Below are positions 30,581-43,496 of a stretch of 64,000 nucleotides of DNA, piece after piece. Source of the stretch: Eledone cirrhosa (Eukaryota). Position 1 is the first letter of the stretch. The number at the start of each line of letters is the position of its first letter. The notes under the pieces were generated by a model. The model was given only the letters and a program-made list of their open reading frames with translations, had not been told where the DNA came from and ran no database searches. Both the position numbers and the translations under genes were made by a program. The DNA lies in assembly GCA_964016885.1 (NCBI GenBank), contig OZ024741.1, forward strand, positions 159,588,001-159,652,000, given 5' to 3'.

Positions 30581-31129
30581 CCACTATCACCACCACCACA
30601 CCAACAACACAATCCTCGACATCATTTCCACCCTTACCATCATCAAAAGTAAATAGGAGGACCCTACATGGTCTTGGTTTGCTAGAATTAGAAGCCAAAT
30701 CTCCCTCAAATCTCAGTCTCATGAAAAGACCCGCTATATAACGTTTCCCTATATACGCCCCCCCCCCTACCCCGCGCCACAACCCCCTAAAAATTATGAG
30801 CTGGCCACAGATGGTCACAGATGGCGACATCTTTGATCATAGGTCGGCTTAATCAGGGCTGGCTTCGGGCTAAACAACAACAACAACAACAATTATACAG
30901 CCACAAACACAAAAACCATCATCAACGCCACCACCACCACCACCATTGTCCTCTACTTCCACTACTATCATCATCAACATCGCCATCACTATCAACTAGA
31001 ACATCTTTGATCATAGATCTACTCAATCAGGGCTGGCTTGGGGCTAAACTAAAACAACAATAACGACTACAACACTGCCACAAACATCACCGCCACCACC
31101 ACTACCACGACGACGACGACGACCACCAC

Positions 31130-31505
31130 CACCATCACTTTCGTTATTACAATCACTGTCACCATTACCATCACTATCACCATCACCACCATCACAACCA
31201 CCACCACCATCACCGCCGCCACAACCACCGCCACCACCACCACCACCACCACCATCACTATCGTTATTACAATCACTGTCACCATTACCATCACTATCAC
31301 CATCACCACCATCACAACCACCACCACCATCACCGCCGCCACAACCACCGCCACCACCACCACCACCACCACCATCACTATCGTTATTACAATCACTGTC
31401 ACCATTACCATCACTATCACCATCACCACCACCATCACTGCCGCCGCCACAACCACCGCCACCACCATCACTATTGTTATTACAATCACTCTCACCATTA
31501 CCACC
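31130..31505. repeat. 120-bp tandem repeat, about 3 copies
   Basis: Near-identical lines begin at 31141, 31261 and 31381. Confidence 0.92.
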
Positions 31506-31796
31506 ACCACCACCACCACCACAACTCTACTCACCATTACAACGACTTAGTCACTATCTCTCTCTCTCTTTCTCATTAGCATTCTTCCTCTCTCTCCCCC
31601 TCTTTACAAACTTACTCATCCACTTTGTCACTCTCTCTGTATCTTTCTCCCCCCCCTCTCTCTCTCTCTCTCTCTCTCCCTCTCTCTCTCTCTCTCTATT
31701 TCTTATTCTCACTCTTCCTCTCTCACACTCTCTCTCCCTCTTTACAAACTTACTCATTCCCTCTCACTTAGTCACTAGCTCTACATCTTTCTCTTC

Positions 31797-31872
<76 letters not shown>

Positions 31873-32052
31873 TCCTCTCTTTCTCTCTCTGTATATATAT
31901 ATACACCCTTCTCCTCTCCCTCTCTCTCTCTCTGAATATATATATATATCTCCCGCTCTCTCTCTCGTGAACCTAATACTAACACTTTGTACAGCTTCTT
32001 CGCTTTATTTTTTTATTTTCTGTTTAAACTATTATATATATATATATATATA

Positions 32053-32265
32053 TAACGAAGGAAATGTGGTAAGGAACCAGATGGACCATAACGCACCAAA
32101 GTACTCAATACTTAGGGTAGTAAAGTGGGTAATAGGAACAAGTAGGACCCGATGGCTGAGCTCAAGCCGTTTCGACGGCTAATTCTGGACTAAATAAAAT
32201 TTTTTATTTAGTCCAGAATTAGCCGTCGAAACGGCTTGAGCTCAGCCGTCGGGGTCCTACTTGTT

Positions 32266-32270
<5 letters not shown>
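32053..32270. mobile_element. Family X foldback insert
   Basis: Tail 32053-32131, arms 32132-32199 and 32202-32270, in (TA)n. Confidence 0.88.
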
Positions 32271-32316
<46 letters not shown>

Positions 32317-32320
<4 letters not shown>

Positions 32321-32484
32321 TTGCGAGGTTTTTTATATGAAATCGTGTGTCGAAACAAATATTGTTATACTTGGAGAGGGTCATATTTGTGTAATAATAT
32401 TGCCAGAATTAATAACAGTGAGTGTGTTCTGTTATTAATTCTGGTAATATTATTACACAAATATGACCCTCCCCAAGTATAACA

Positions 32485-32488
<4 letters not shown>
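32317..32488. mobile_element. Foldback insert with one-sided tail in (TA)n, no HHR visible
   Basis: 60-bp arms 32359-32418 and 32429-32488, tail 32317-32358. Confidence 0.7.
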
Positions 32489-32541
<53 letters not shown>

Positions 32542-33537
32542 TGGGTGAGAAGAATACTGCTGGTTGCACATGGATAACATGTTATAAAATGAGTCCCTCA
32601 TCAGTGATTTACCAAACGATCATGGGTATTTCATCGCATTAAAAATCATATACCTCACGTTGGAGCGATAATAACTAAAATAAGTTATTAGGACAATAGA
32701 AACGCGTTAAGCGAGTGAGACAAGTAAACAACACAGGGGGAAGCTAACCGAAGATGGAAATAAACACAAGCAACATAGTTATTCTTTCAGTATAAGCTGT
32801 GTGAATATATGAGCGAGTCAGAAAACAGACGTTTCGCTAGTGAATCCGGTGTTAGAAAGAATGAAAACCGTTTTCCCAGCGAACGGGAGGAAGAAAGAAG
32901 GGGAGACACAGGGACTGAGTGAGTGGGAGTGCGAGGAAGAGGTCAGTAGAGAGAAAGATTTAACTGACGTGGCAGAGGGGACGAAAGAAAGTAAAAGAAA
33001 CAGAGAGAACGAGGGAGCAGTAAGAGAGAAAGAGAGAAACACAAATATATATATATATAAATATTTATCCTCCTCTCTCTTTCTGTCTCTCTCTCTCTCT
33101 CTCTCTTCCCCACCCAGAAACAACTGTCTAACTGACAGTATCAATCCAATTCTATTGTTTCAAACTGATTTCCCCCCTCCCTTCCTTTTCTCTCCCATCC
33201 CACACCTCATCTCTGCCCCTCCCTCACATCTCTAACTCCTTCCCTTCCTCATAACTCCCCCTCCTCTTTCCTTCCCTATCAGAATAATCTAATTTCTTCA
33301 GGGACTCTAAAACACTCACACCAGATTAGAACTGCTGCTTCTCTTCTTCATAACTTCAGCATGTTATTCTTATTGTCCTTATTGTTATTCTTATTGTTGT
33401 TATTGTTTTTGTTGTTATTGTTGTTATTGTTTTTGTTGATGTTATTGTTGATATTGTTATTGTTGTTATTGTTTTTGTTGGCGTTGGTCTTGTTATTGTT
33501 GTTGCTGTTTTTCTTGTCGTTGTCTTGTCATTATTAT

Positions 33538-34180
33538 CGGTGGATTAACAGACACGGTAGAGGGTCGGACGCCATGCTTTGACGCATAGAGTTACGGCCC
33601 TTACCATTCTGAGTTCAAATCCCGCCGAGGTTAACTTTGCCTTTCATCCTTACGGGGTCGATAAAATAAACTACCAGTAATACACTGGGTATTTGCTGGC
33701 CTTGTGCTAAAAGTAGAAACAATTATTATCGGTGGATTGGCAGACTCGGTAGAGCATCGGACAACATGCTTGGCAGCAGCACAGAGTTTTGACTCTTTAC
33801 GGTCTGAGTTCAAATCCCGCCAAAGTTAACTTTGCCTTTCATCCTTACGGGGTCGATAAAATAAAGTACCAGTAATGTACTGGGGTCAATTTAATTGACT
33901 TTCCCCTCCCCTTCAAATTGCTGGCCTTGTGCCTAAAGTAGAAACAATTATTATTAAGTTGTGGTGGATTGGCAGAATCGGTAGAGCATTGGACACTATG
34001 CTTCGCGGCATAGTTACGTCCCTTTACATTGTGAGTTCAAATCCCGCTGAGGTTAGCTTTGCCTTTCATCCTTACGGGGTCGATCAAATAAAATACCAGT
34101 AATGCACTGAGGTCGATATAATCGAGTTTCCCCTCCCCCAAAATTGTTGGCCCTGTCACTATAGTAGAAATTATTATTAT
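33538..34180 (+). mobile_element. Three tandem main-family SINEs
   Basis: Units begin near 33538, 33730 and 33962, each with A and B boxes and an ATT tail. Confidence 0.9.
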
Positions 34181-34406
34181 CAAATTGTGATCAAAGATAT
34201 CCAAGCTATGACCATCCCTTCTTTTCGGGGTGACATGGGGGTTAGAACCACATTATCCAATGTGCTCGTATTTATGTATATCTAATGTTTGATGTGAGGG
34301 AGAATTGCTTGCCATTTCTAGCTTATCCAATAACCAGAGAGATGTTGCCACCGGGTTGTACTGAGGTATTTTGGTACGCAAACACCAGTCCATCCATCCA
34401 ACCTAC

Positions 34407-34492
<86 letters not shown>

Positions 34493-34525
34493 GATAGATC
34501 TATCTATCTATCTATCTATCTGATA

Positions 34526-34912
34526 GATTCTTTTTTTCAAATACCACTTTGGAAGAAGAATCAGGATGGAGAGAGAGGTGCTGTACCCCAGCAAGTTTTA
34601 TGAAAGGTGGGTGAAAGTGGCGAGAATGGCCCGAGTGAATGGGCCTTCTCTCTATATCAGCCTGTAGGTTGAGGAAAAGGAGGAGGAGAGGAAAGGAGTA
34701 CAAGCTCTTCGTACTCCTGGAGATGAGGGTTGCACATTTTTTTCGGGGGTCTGTGTTACCCATATAAACTGTCTCCCTCTATTGGGGAAAATCGACTAAC
34801 TTTTAAATTCCATCTGTGATAACATTTTACACGTTTTTATTGTATGTAAACTTCCCCCTTTGTATTTGTCCCCTTCTTTTGTGCCCCTGTGGCTAATAAA
34901 GAAATATATCTA
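34526..34912 (+). mobile_element. Tx1 3' fragment in (TATC)n
   Basis: Near-identical to 28244-28625, including the 5' junction. Confidence 0.9.
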
Positions 34913-36628
34913 TCTCTCCTCCCTTCTGTATGTATTGACTCTCGAACCACTACTGCGGAAGTTGGAGTTGTTGCAGGGCATCCCTTTGGAACCGGGATTG
35001 CGGAAAGCGGTGTCGGCCTACGCCGATGACGTGACAGTAATGGTGTCGGCGGCCTCCGAAATCGGGGCGATCGGCACCTTACTGGAGGAGTACGAAAGGT
35101 TCACAGGGGCTAAGATGAACCGGGACAAGTCGATGGTTTGCAACTCGGCACGTGGAGGGGCAAACCGATGCCCTCCGATGGCGTCGTCGGACACTGGACG
35201 GAGGGCCCGGTGAAGTTGCTCGGGGTCTGGTTCGGACCAGACCTCCAGGTGGAGAAGAACTGGGGTGAAGTTACGAACAGAGTGTTTGCACTGACCCAGA
35301 AGTAGGCCAGTTGCAAACTATCCCTGAAAGGTCGGGCGGAGGTGGCGAACACATATATAGCGTCCGTCATCTACTACCGCCTGACCGTCGTGCCTTGCCC
35401 AAGGGAAACCCTCGCCAAGATGGAGCGCGCACTCTTCCAATTCCTTTGGAAGAAGCGAGCTCCTTTGGTGAGGAGATCCATCTGCTGTCAACACCCTTCG
35501 AAAGGAGGGCTGGGGCTAATGATACGTAAACACGCATTAAGGCTACGGCACCTCCACGTATTCCTCACCGGTCAACCGGTGTGGGCCCCGTCTGTGAGAC
35601 GAACCTTTCCCAGACTCGTCTCACTCACCGAGCTGCAATCCTGGGTCAAGCAAAGACCGAGAAAACTGGGCGCCTGGCACACTGAGTGTGCCCAGGCGCT
35701 CACGGCCCTCTGGCAGGCGGACCCGGTTATCAGTGGAGACTCCACCGCGACATTCTATAGAGGGCTGGTACGCAGCAGGTGCGACGACGCCCTCGGAGAA
35801 GCCCTAGACATGGAGGAAGACGAACTGGCCAGCCTGTTCGGTAGGACATTCAGCCCGGGACCTATGGACAACTTCCAGAAGTTCCTGGCCTGGCAGTGCT
35901 ACCGAGGGCTCTACCCGTTCGAGAAAAGCTCTACAGACATGGGCGCCCGGGTAGGGACCCCGCCAAAAAGATCTGTCCCAGATGCGTGTGCGACGAGGAA
36001 ACCGTTGCACACGCATTGGTACACTTCTCGGGCGTAGTCGATCTGTGAGGCTATGTCGAACGACTGCTATCACGGGTGGGACCGATCCGGTTGACAACCG
36101 AGGCCATTGTAACGATTAAGCCGCCTCCCCCCTTCAAAAATGAAGGAGAGGCGGTGTTTCTGTGCGTAATAGCCATGGTGAAAGAGGTTTATGGTGGGCG
36201 CCTCTGAAAGGACTCAGGTCAGGCACCTTTCTCTCTGGCCAACAACTGATCCGTTTCTTCCGATATCATTTCGGAAGAAGGATCATGATGGAGAGAGAGA
36301 TGCTCAACCCTAGTCCTTTTTATGAAAGGTGGGTGAAAGTGGCGAGAATGGCCCGTGTGAATGGGCTTTCTCTCTACATCAGCCTGTAGGTGGAAAAGAG
36401 GAAGGAAAGAGGGAGCACCCTCTCTCTGTGCTCCTGAGGAGAAGGGGTTGCACACTTTTTTCGGGGGTGTGTGCGACCCCTATTGAGGACTTTATTGTTA
36501 ATTTTATATTTGTTATTTGTTTTCTTTACTCGCCTTTTTGTGTAAACCCCCCCCCCCTTGTATTTGTCCCCTTCTTTTGGGCCCTAGTGGCAATAAATAG
36601 AAATCTATCTATCTATATATCTATCTAT
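34913..36628 (+). mobile_element. 5'-truncated Tx1 LINE, sister subfamily
   Basis: LSSLLYVLTLEPLLRKL..AYADDV and a C-terminal CPRC..ETVAHAL zinc motif, with stops and frameshifts. (TATC)n tail. Confidence 0.92.
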
Positions 36629-38804
36629 TTGCACTAAAGTGTTAGTAATAGATGTGTCACCACGGGGGAAAGAGGGTGGTAAGAATGTGTGTGCGATAGA
36701 GCAAAAGAATGAGTGGTTGTCGTCGTGGCAGCAGCAAAACCCGACTTTGGTCACGTTGTGGAAAGGGGTTAGTGTGGGTGTTTGCGAGATAGATAGATAG
36801 ATACGTAGATAGATAGATAGAGAGGAAGAGAGAACGAGCGATAGCTAGAGAGAGAGAGGGAGAGGGAGGGGTTGCGAAAGTGAGAGAGAAGGTGAGAGAG
36901 AGAGAGAGAGGGAGAGGGAGGGGTTGCGAAAGTGAGAGAGAAGGTGAGAGAGAGAGAGAGAGAAAGAGAGTAAAAAAAAGAGTGGCTGCTGCGGTGGTGG
37001 CAGTGATAGTGGTATCGAAATTGTTTTAAATCCGGAAGAGGCTATGTAGCCGGTCCTGGTAAAATAGACTCCTAGGCTATTTACCCAGTAAAAGTGTCAC
37101 ACACCATGCGTTGCGGCTCGAGTTAAGACAATTGTTAAAACAATTTGAAATCTTTTCCACGATCAATTGTTCAAAAACAAGTTAAAATCATTTAGTCATC
37201 ATCTTATAACTCTGCTTGTGTTTTTTCCATTTGTAACGTGCGTTGCGCTTTAGTTACATACACACATCTACTGAGTTCCATAGCTTAAGAATTTTAGCAG
37301 TCAAATATTTCGAAATTAAGAACTTTAGCAGAAAGTCAAATATTTTCGAAATTAAGAATTTTAGCAAAAAGACAGAGCCTGGATTAAAGATAGTAGTCAC
37401 TACCTGGGTTCTAAAGCACTATTTATTATTTAGTGGTAAAATAAGCTTCCGGGACCCCGGCTAGAGTTGCACCCCTTTAGGCTATACCGGTAAAATAAGC
37501 TTAAAAAGCATGTTTGTTTATTTTGCCGGGACCGGCATATTCCTTTAAATCCTACGCTGTACGAAAAATATGGTTTATTCTCGAATTATAAATGAGTAAA
37601 ATATTCCGTTTTGGGAGTTTAAGTCGTTAAATTTATTCGTAATTTATATGTAATTTATATATGTTTATTTGAAATAAACGTTAAGACAGAAGTTACATAA
37701 TCATATTTATTAATTATACTTATTTCTGTAACACCAACATGGAGCTGTTGTGCAATCCTTACAACAGTGACCTGTACCTGTGTGACGTCATCAGATGTTA
37801 ACACAATTATGTAGGTGAGTTGATATGTTGTTGACTAACACGAGCATGAAAGTCCGGACTTTCGCAAACATGGTGGCGTTAGCCAACAACATATTATAAT
37901 AACCGGATAGCTGTTTAATTGTTGATTATCAAAGCTCTTTCGTCACACATTCTGTGACCTCTTCGGAGACTCCTTTTGTGACGGTGTGTCACCTCTTTGC
38001 TGTATTTTACCCCATATATTTTTGTATTTGTTTTGCAAGATTTTTTATGTGAAAACGTATGTTGAAACAGATATTCTTATACTTTGGGAGGGTCATGCTG
38101 CCAATAAAAACACAGGCACCTTTCTATATTTTTCTCTTTGGCTAAGCCCTTGCGCACTCCATATTTGTGTAATTTGCCTAAAGGCATAACTCGTCTCTTC
38201 CTGTTTTGTTATGTCCCAGAGTGCACTGGAATGAACGGTATCGATCTTAATGAACTGAAACCGTAGTAATTTCCAGAGATTGACCGAGGAGATGGGACTG
38301 TCCGTCTTTCCGTAGTTTTTTCCATTGTCTTTGTCCTGTGCGGTCCTTATTTTGAATTTATATATATATACAAAAACAATAGGAGGAGTTATTTAAGAGA
38401 CGTTCGTCTAGTCGCATATTATCTCTTCTCTCCTGTTGTATTAGTCAATCTTTCTCTAAAACGATATGTCTCTGTTCCTCTTCATTACCTCACATCTCTG
38501 TTGTCGTCTTCTTTCTCTTTGTATTATTTCTTCTTGCTGTTCCTGTCCGATTCTTACTCTGTCTTTGTGCAGCCTTTGTCGAGCTGCCTGCAACCGTCTT
38601 TCCTGGCGTAGAAACAATAAATCCATTTTATTAAGGTGCTTCTTTGTACAAGTAATAAATGTATGTCATAAATTTCTTAATATAGATATGTTAGCCACAT
38701 GCATGAACTGGTAGGTTAAGGGTAAATGTATATTTGTATATATACCTTGCAACGTTATATACCTTTTTTCACATAGAAACCATAGTCCCAACATTCGTTA
38801 CAAT

Positions 38805-38940
<136 letters not shown>

Positions 38941-39032
38941 GTAGGAGGTGAGTTTTATTGTAGTACAATAAAGCAATGCAGATATCGGATAAGTAGCACT
39001 CTACAGTTTGTAGGACTGGAGTATAAATAATA

Positions 39033-41188
39033 TAAAAAAATCTTAAATTCAAGAGAAACCCTTACAGAGGACAAGAGCACGTTGTAAATCTCAAGAACAC
39101 GATTTCAAACCTAAATTCCTCAAAAAATGTTTTAGTCCACTCTGACAAAACAAATAATTTATATGGTATTTCTAAGGACAACTATAACAACCTTATCTTA
39201 AAGGAACTTAGGAAAAAATATCGCAAAACCAACCATGATAATTTAGAATCCATAAACTTTGAAGCTTCTGAGATTATGTCAAAACTTAGCATCGGAAAAA
39301 AGACCGAACCATTCCTCCCAAGAACTCCGAGGATAAATCTCAAGGATCACAAAAACAAATTTCGTACTGAACTACCTGTTAGACTAATCGCCCCCTCTAA
39401 ATCAGATCTGGGGGTTGTTAGCAAAGCCATCTTGGATAGAATTATCCCACAGGTTCGTTCTAATTGCTCTTCTTTGAACTTAAATTTATGGTTTGGTACT
39501 TCTGAAGTGATTGGCTGGTTCAACAAATTGGATAATAAAAACAAACTAAAATTTATTCAATTTGATATTGCCAGCTACTATTCTTCTTTTTCGCCCTCAC
39601 TTCTCAACAATGCTCTATCTTTCGCTTACAAATATTCAGACATCACCACAGATGAACTTCACATCATTCTCACCACACGTAAAACCATCCTAGAGTTCAA
39701 CAATGAATATTGGACCAGAGCTGATACCTCTAACAACTTTGACATCACAATGGGAGCATCCGATTCATCCCAATTGACAGATTTAATTGGTATCTTTATT
39801 TTGAACTCTTTGAATCGGAAAATTCCTCAACTTCGCGGTGGAATTTATCGTGACGATGGACTCTTTACTATCTTAAATTGCAACATAGTTAACCTTAATA
39901 TTATTAAGAACAATATACGTAATCTCTTTAACCAACATAACTTAAAAATTGAATTTGATAACAACATCAAACTAGCTAATTTCTTGGATGTATCTCTTAA
40001 TCTTGACACTGGTCTATATTACCCTTACCATAAAAACAATGAGAATCTAAATTATGTTAATTTTAAATCTAACCATCCCACTAATATTAAGAATGCTATA
40101 GTTAGTAATATTGGAAAAAGAATATCCAACCTATCATCTAATAAAAACATCTTTGATGCTAACGCCAATTACTATAATTACGCGCTTTCTAAAGCCGGTT
40201 ATTCTGATAAAATCAAATATAGTAAAGAAACAAATTCTAGAAGATCTTACAGTAGAATAATTAATCATGATCATTCCAATAACTTTAATAAAAGACCTAG
40301 ATACAAAAACATAATCTGGTATAATGCTCCTTTCTCCATCTCTATTAATAATAATATTCCTAAATTATTCTTTAGTGCCTTAAATAAATTCTTCCCTCCC
40401 TCACATATCTATAGTAAAATATTTAACAAACACACTATAAAATTTTCCTATTCGACCTCCTCCAACATCTCCAACATTATCTCTAAACACAACAATAAAA
40501 TACTAAATACTAAATCTCTTCCTTCCATCACTGAATATCATAATAATAGTAATAGTACTCCCGACGTCATTGTTAACTCTAGGCTAATTTCTGCAAACCC
40601 AAATACAACGTCAAACGCAACTTCGTTAAATGTTCTTAATCCCAATCTAAATCAAGAAACTATTATTCCTATCTTAAATAACTTCTCCAATCCAATTCCT
40701 TCTATAGATAACACTAGGTCACTTGTTAATAACACTGTTAATTTCTGTAATCGCAATTGTAATTGCCCTGTTAAAAATAAATGTCCTCTCAACAACCATT
40801 GTCTTGAAAAACAAACTTAATCTACGAATGTAAAGTTATAACTGACACCAATTCCTTTACCTATTTTGGCTCCACTTCCACCTCCTTTAAAGCTCGTCTT
40901 TATAATCACCATTCGTCTTTTAAATACCAACTTAAAAGAACCAACACGGCACTCTCAGAACTCATATGGTCCTTGAAAGACAAAAATATTAACTATAATA
41001 TCTCTTGGAGGAAGGTTTATTCTGCTTCTCCATACTTGAATGCTTCTTTATTCAAGACATGTAATCTCTGTTTATGTGAGAAATTTACCATTATATCTAA
41101 TTTAGATTCTATAATAAATAGACGCACTGACTTGTTTTCTCTCTGCTTGCATAAATTCCACAGAACATTCCATAAAGTATACAGCTAA
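39033..41188 (+). pseudogene. PLE RT plus GIY-YIG endonuclease ORF with one frameshift near 40813
   Basis: In-frame SDKTNNLY upstream of the called ATG, QFDIASYYSS, ITMGA, GIYRDDGL, NFLDV, linker CNCPVKNKCPLNNHC (CX1CX5CX5C), LIYECKV..YFGSTSTSFKARLYNH and CNLCLCEK. DKT and CX1CX5CX5C are Naiad hallmarks as I recall them. Confidence 0.9.
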
Positions 41189-42146
41189 TATCTAATACTT
41201 TACCAATTTAAAATCCTTTTCTCAAAGGCACATATATATATACATATATATTTCTTTAAAAATATACCCATCTTTCTACCTTATTTCAATGTTATTTATT
41301 ATACATTATATAATACTAGTTACTCATTCTATATCACTCCTATTTATCACTTCCCTTTCTTTCTTTTTTTTCCTTTTTTCTTTTAATTTCTAACCTCTAA
41401 TCTGTACCTTTTCTTCCTAGATACTTCTCAATTCTCATTATTTCTCACCACAATATATCCTTACCCTCTTAAATACTTTATAATATCACCTTGAAAAATC
41501 CTTCGTAAACATAAACATTTTTTTGACGTTAGATTATTCATCCTCAATTCATTATTTTTTCTCCCTTTCATGTTCATCTAACTTATACATATTACACATA
41601 TTCATCCATTCATCCACTCTTCTACTTCTTTTCACAATATATCCTTAATTACATTACTATTGTTATATTTTTATATTTTTTTAATAATACATATCAACAA
41701 TTTCTTTCCATCGCACATATTATTAAACCCTTAAATATTATTCTTAATACATATTAACAATTTCTTTTCATCGCACATATTATTAAACCCTTCAATATAC
41801 AAACCTTAATTTAACATTATTCTTAAATTTTTCTCTTCGTTAATTTTCAAATTCTTTTAATTTATATATTATTTTCCAACGGTTTTTAACCTCTTTATGT
41901 AAAACAATATATTTTTCTCAGTTATAAAAGCTATCTCTCTCTCTCTATCACCCATCTCTCCTCCTATTTCATCCTTCCTTATTATACTCCTCCCCCTCCA
42001 TTCTTTACTCTCATCTCCTCGTCTTTTTCATCCCCCCCCTCAATTTTTTTTCCTAATATCACACATCAATCTAAAACTACTTTTCATATGTTGATTTAAA
42101 ACTGCACTATTCACAAGTGTTTTTTAACCTTCATATCATGTCTCCC

Positions 42147-42217
42147 TATTTTATCTGACGAAAACGCAAATGTCATCGCATGATGATATTTGTTTTTGAA
42201 ATGCGCATAATAAAATA
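42147..42217 (+). ncRNA. Type I hammerhead ribozyme in the PLE pLTR
   Basis: tattttat CTGACGA aaacgcaaatgtcatc-gcat-gatgatatttgttttt GAAA tgcgca TA ataaaata. 8-bp helix I, long helix II, palindromic helix III. Confidence 0.85.
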
Positions 42218-42247
42218 CATGGAATTCTTTTAACCATCTTTTGATCT

Positions 42248-42358
<111 letters not shown>

Positions 42359-42367
42359 TATATATAA

Positions 42368-42411
<44 letters not shown>

Positions 42412-42460
42412 CGAAGGAAGTGTGGTAGGGAACCAGATGGACCATAACATATATATATTA

Positions 42461-43416
42461 TAGCTTAAAATAGAGTGAGAATAAGTAGAAAGCAAGAACG
42501 GAGGTGGGATGGGGGCAGTTTTCCTCATCAGTTGTCTACTGGGGGTCTCGGATATTTCCATGCTTTAAAGACAAGATATCTACCGCCCAGAGCGTTCAGT
42601 AACTGGGTAAGTTATTGGGAAAACGGAGGAGGGAAGGAAAACAGAAGGGAAAAGGGAAGAAAAGAGAAAACAGCGAAAAAACCCCAACAAACCGAGCAAT
42701 GTACGAGCAACTTAAGGTAAGAAAATCCAAGACCACATTGATAACAGAACTTAAGTTCAAGAGCGTGTGGGCGAACGAAAAGACACGTCTGACCCCAACG
42801 AGTTGTAAGTGAGAAAAGGACTACTATAGGGTCAGGCGAGGGAAACAATAAGGTGGCTAGAAGAGAGAAGATGAGTGAAAGTGAGAGGGTTAAAGGGAGA
42901 GGAAAAAAGTGGGGTAAGAGTAGACAGTAACGAAATAGGTAGGTAGAAGGAAGGAGAGAGAAGACTGGTCACCGCGAAACATGATAAAATATATGGAGAA
43001 TAGGATTGGCTGTGTGGTTGCTAGTTCAGGTAGCTTAAAATGGAGTGAGAATAATAAGAAAGCAAGAACGGGGGAAGTTTTCCTCATCAGTTGTCTACTG
43101 GGGGTCTTGGATATTTCCACGCTATTTAAAGACAAGATATCTTCCGCCCAGAGCGTTCAATAACTGGGTAAGTTATTGGGAAAACGGGGGAGGGAGGGAA
43201 GGAAAATAGAAGGCAAAAGGGAATTCGATGTTTTTTTCGCTGTTTTCTCTTTTCTTCCCCCTTCCCTTCTATTTTCCTTCCCTCCCTCCTCCGTTTTCCC
43301 AATAACTTACCCAGTTATTGAACGCTCTGGGCGGTAGATATCTTGTCTTTAAAGCGTGGGAATATCCGAGACCCCAGTAGACAACTGATGAGGAAAGCCC
43401 CCCCCATTCTTGCTTA
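42461..43416. repeat. Unclassified repeat with two direct copies and one inverted copy of an about 200-bp unit
   Basis: Direct copies at 42461-42685 and 43031-43222 (period 570), inverted copy at about 43230-43416. Preceded by a family X tail fragment at 42409-42448. Confidence 0.8.
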
Positions 43417-43423
43417 CTGTGGT

Positions 43424-43490
<67 letters not shown>

Positions 43491-43496
<6 letters not shown>

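Noticed and set aside
37044-37546. Possible MITE with imperfect GCCGGTCC..AAAATA inverted ends
   Set aside because: The inverted match is short, and I could not define termini or a TSD.
37727-38802. Possible solo LTR (TGTAAC...GTTACA)
   Set aside because: Flanks (TTTC / ATTA) give no target-site duplication, and there is no second copy or primer-binding site.
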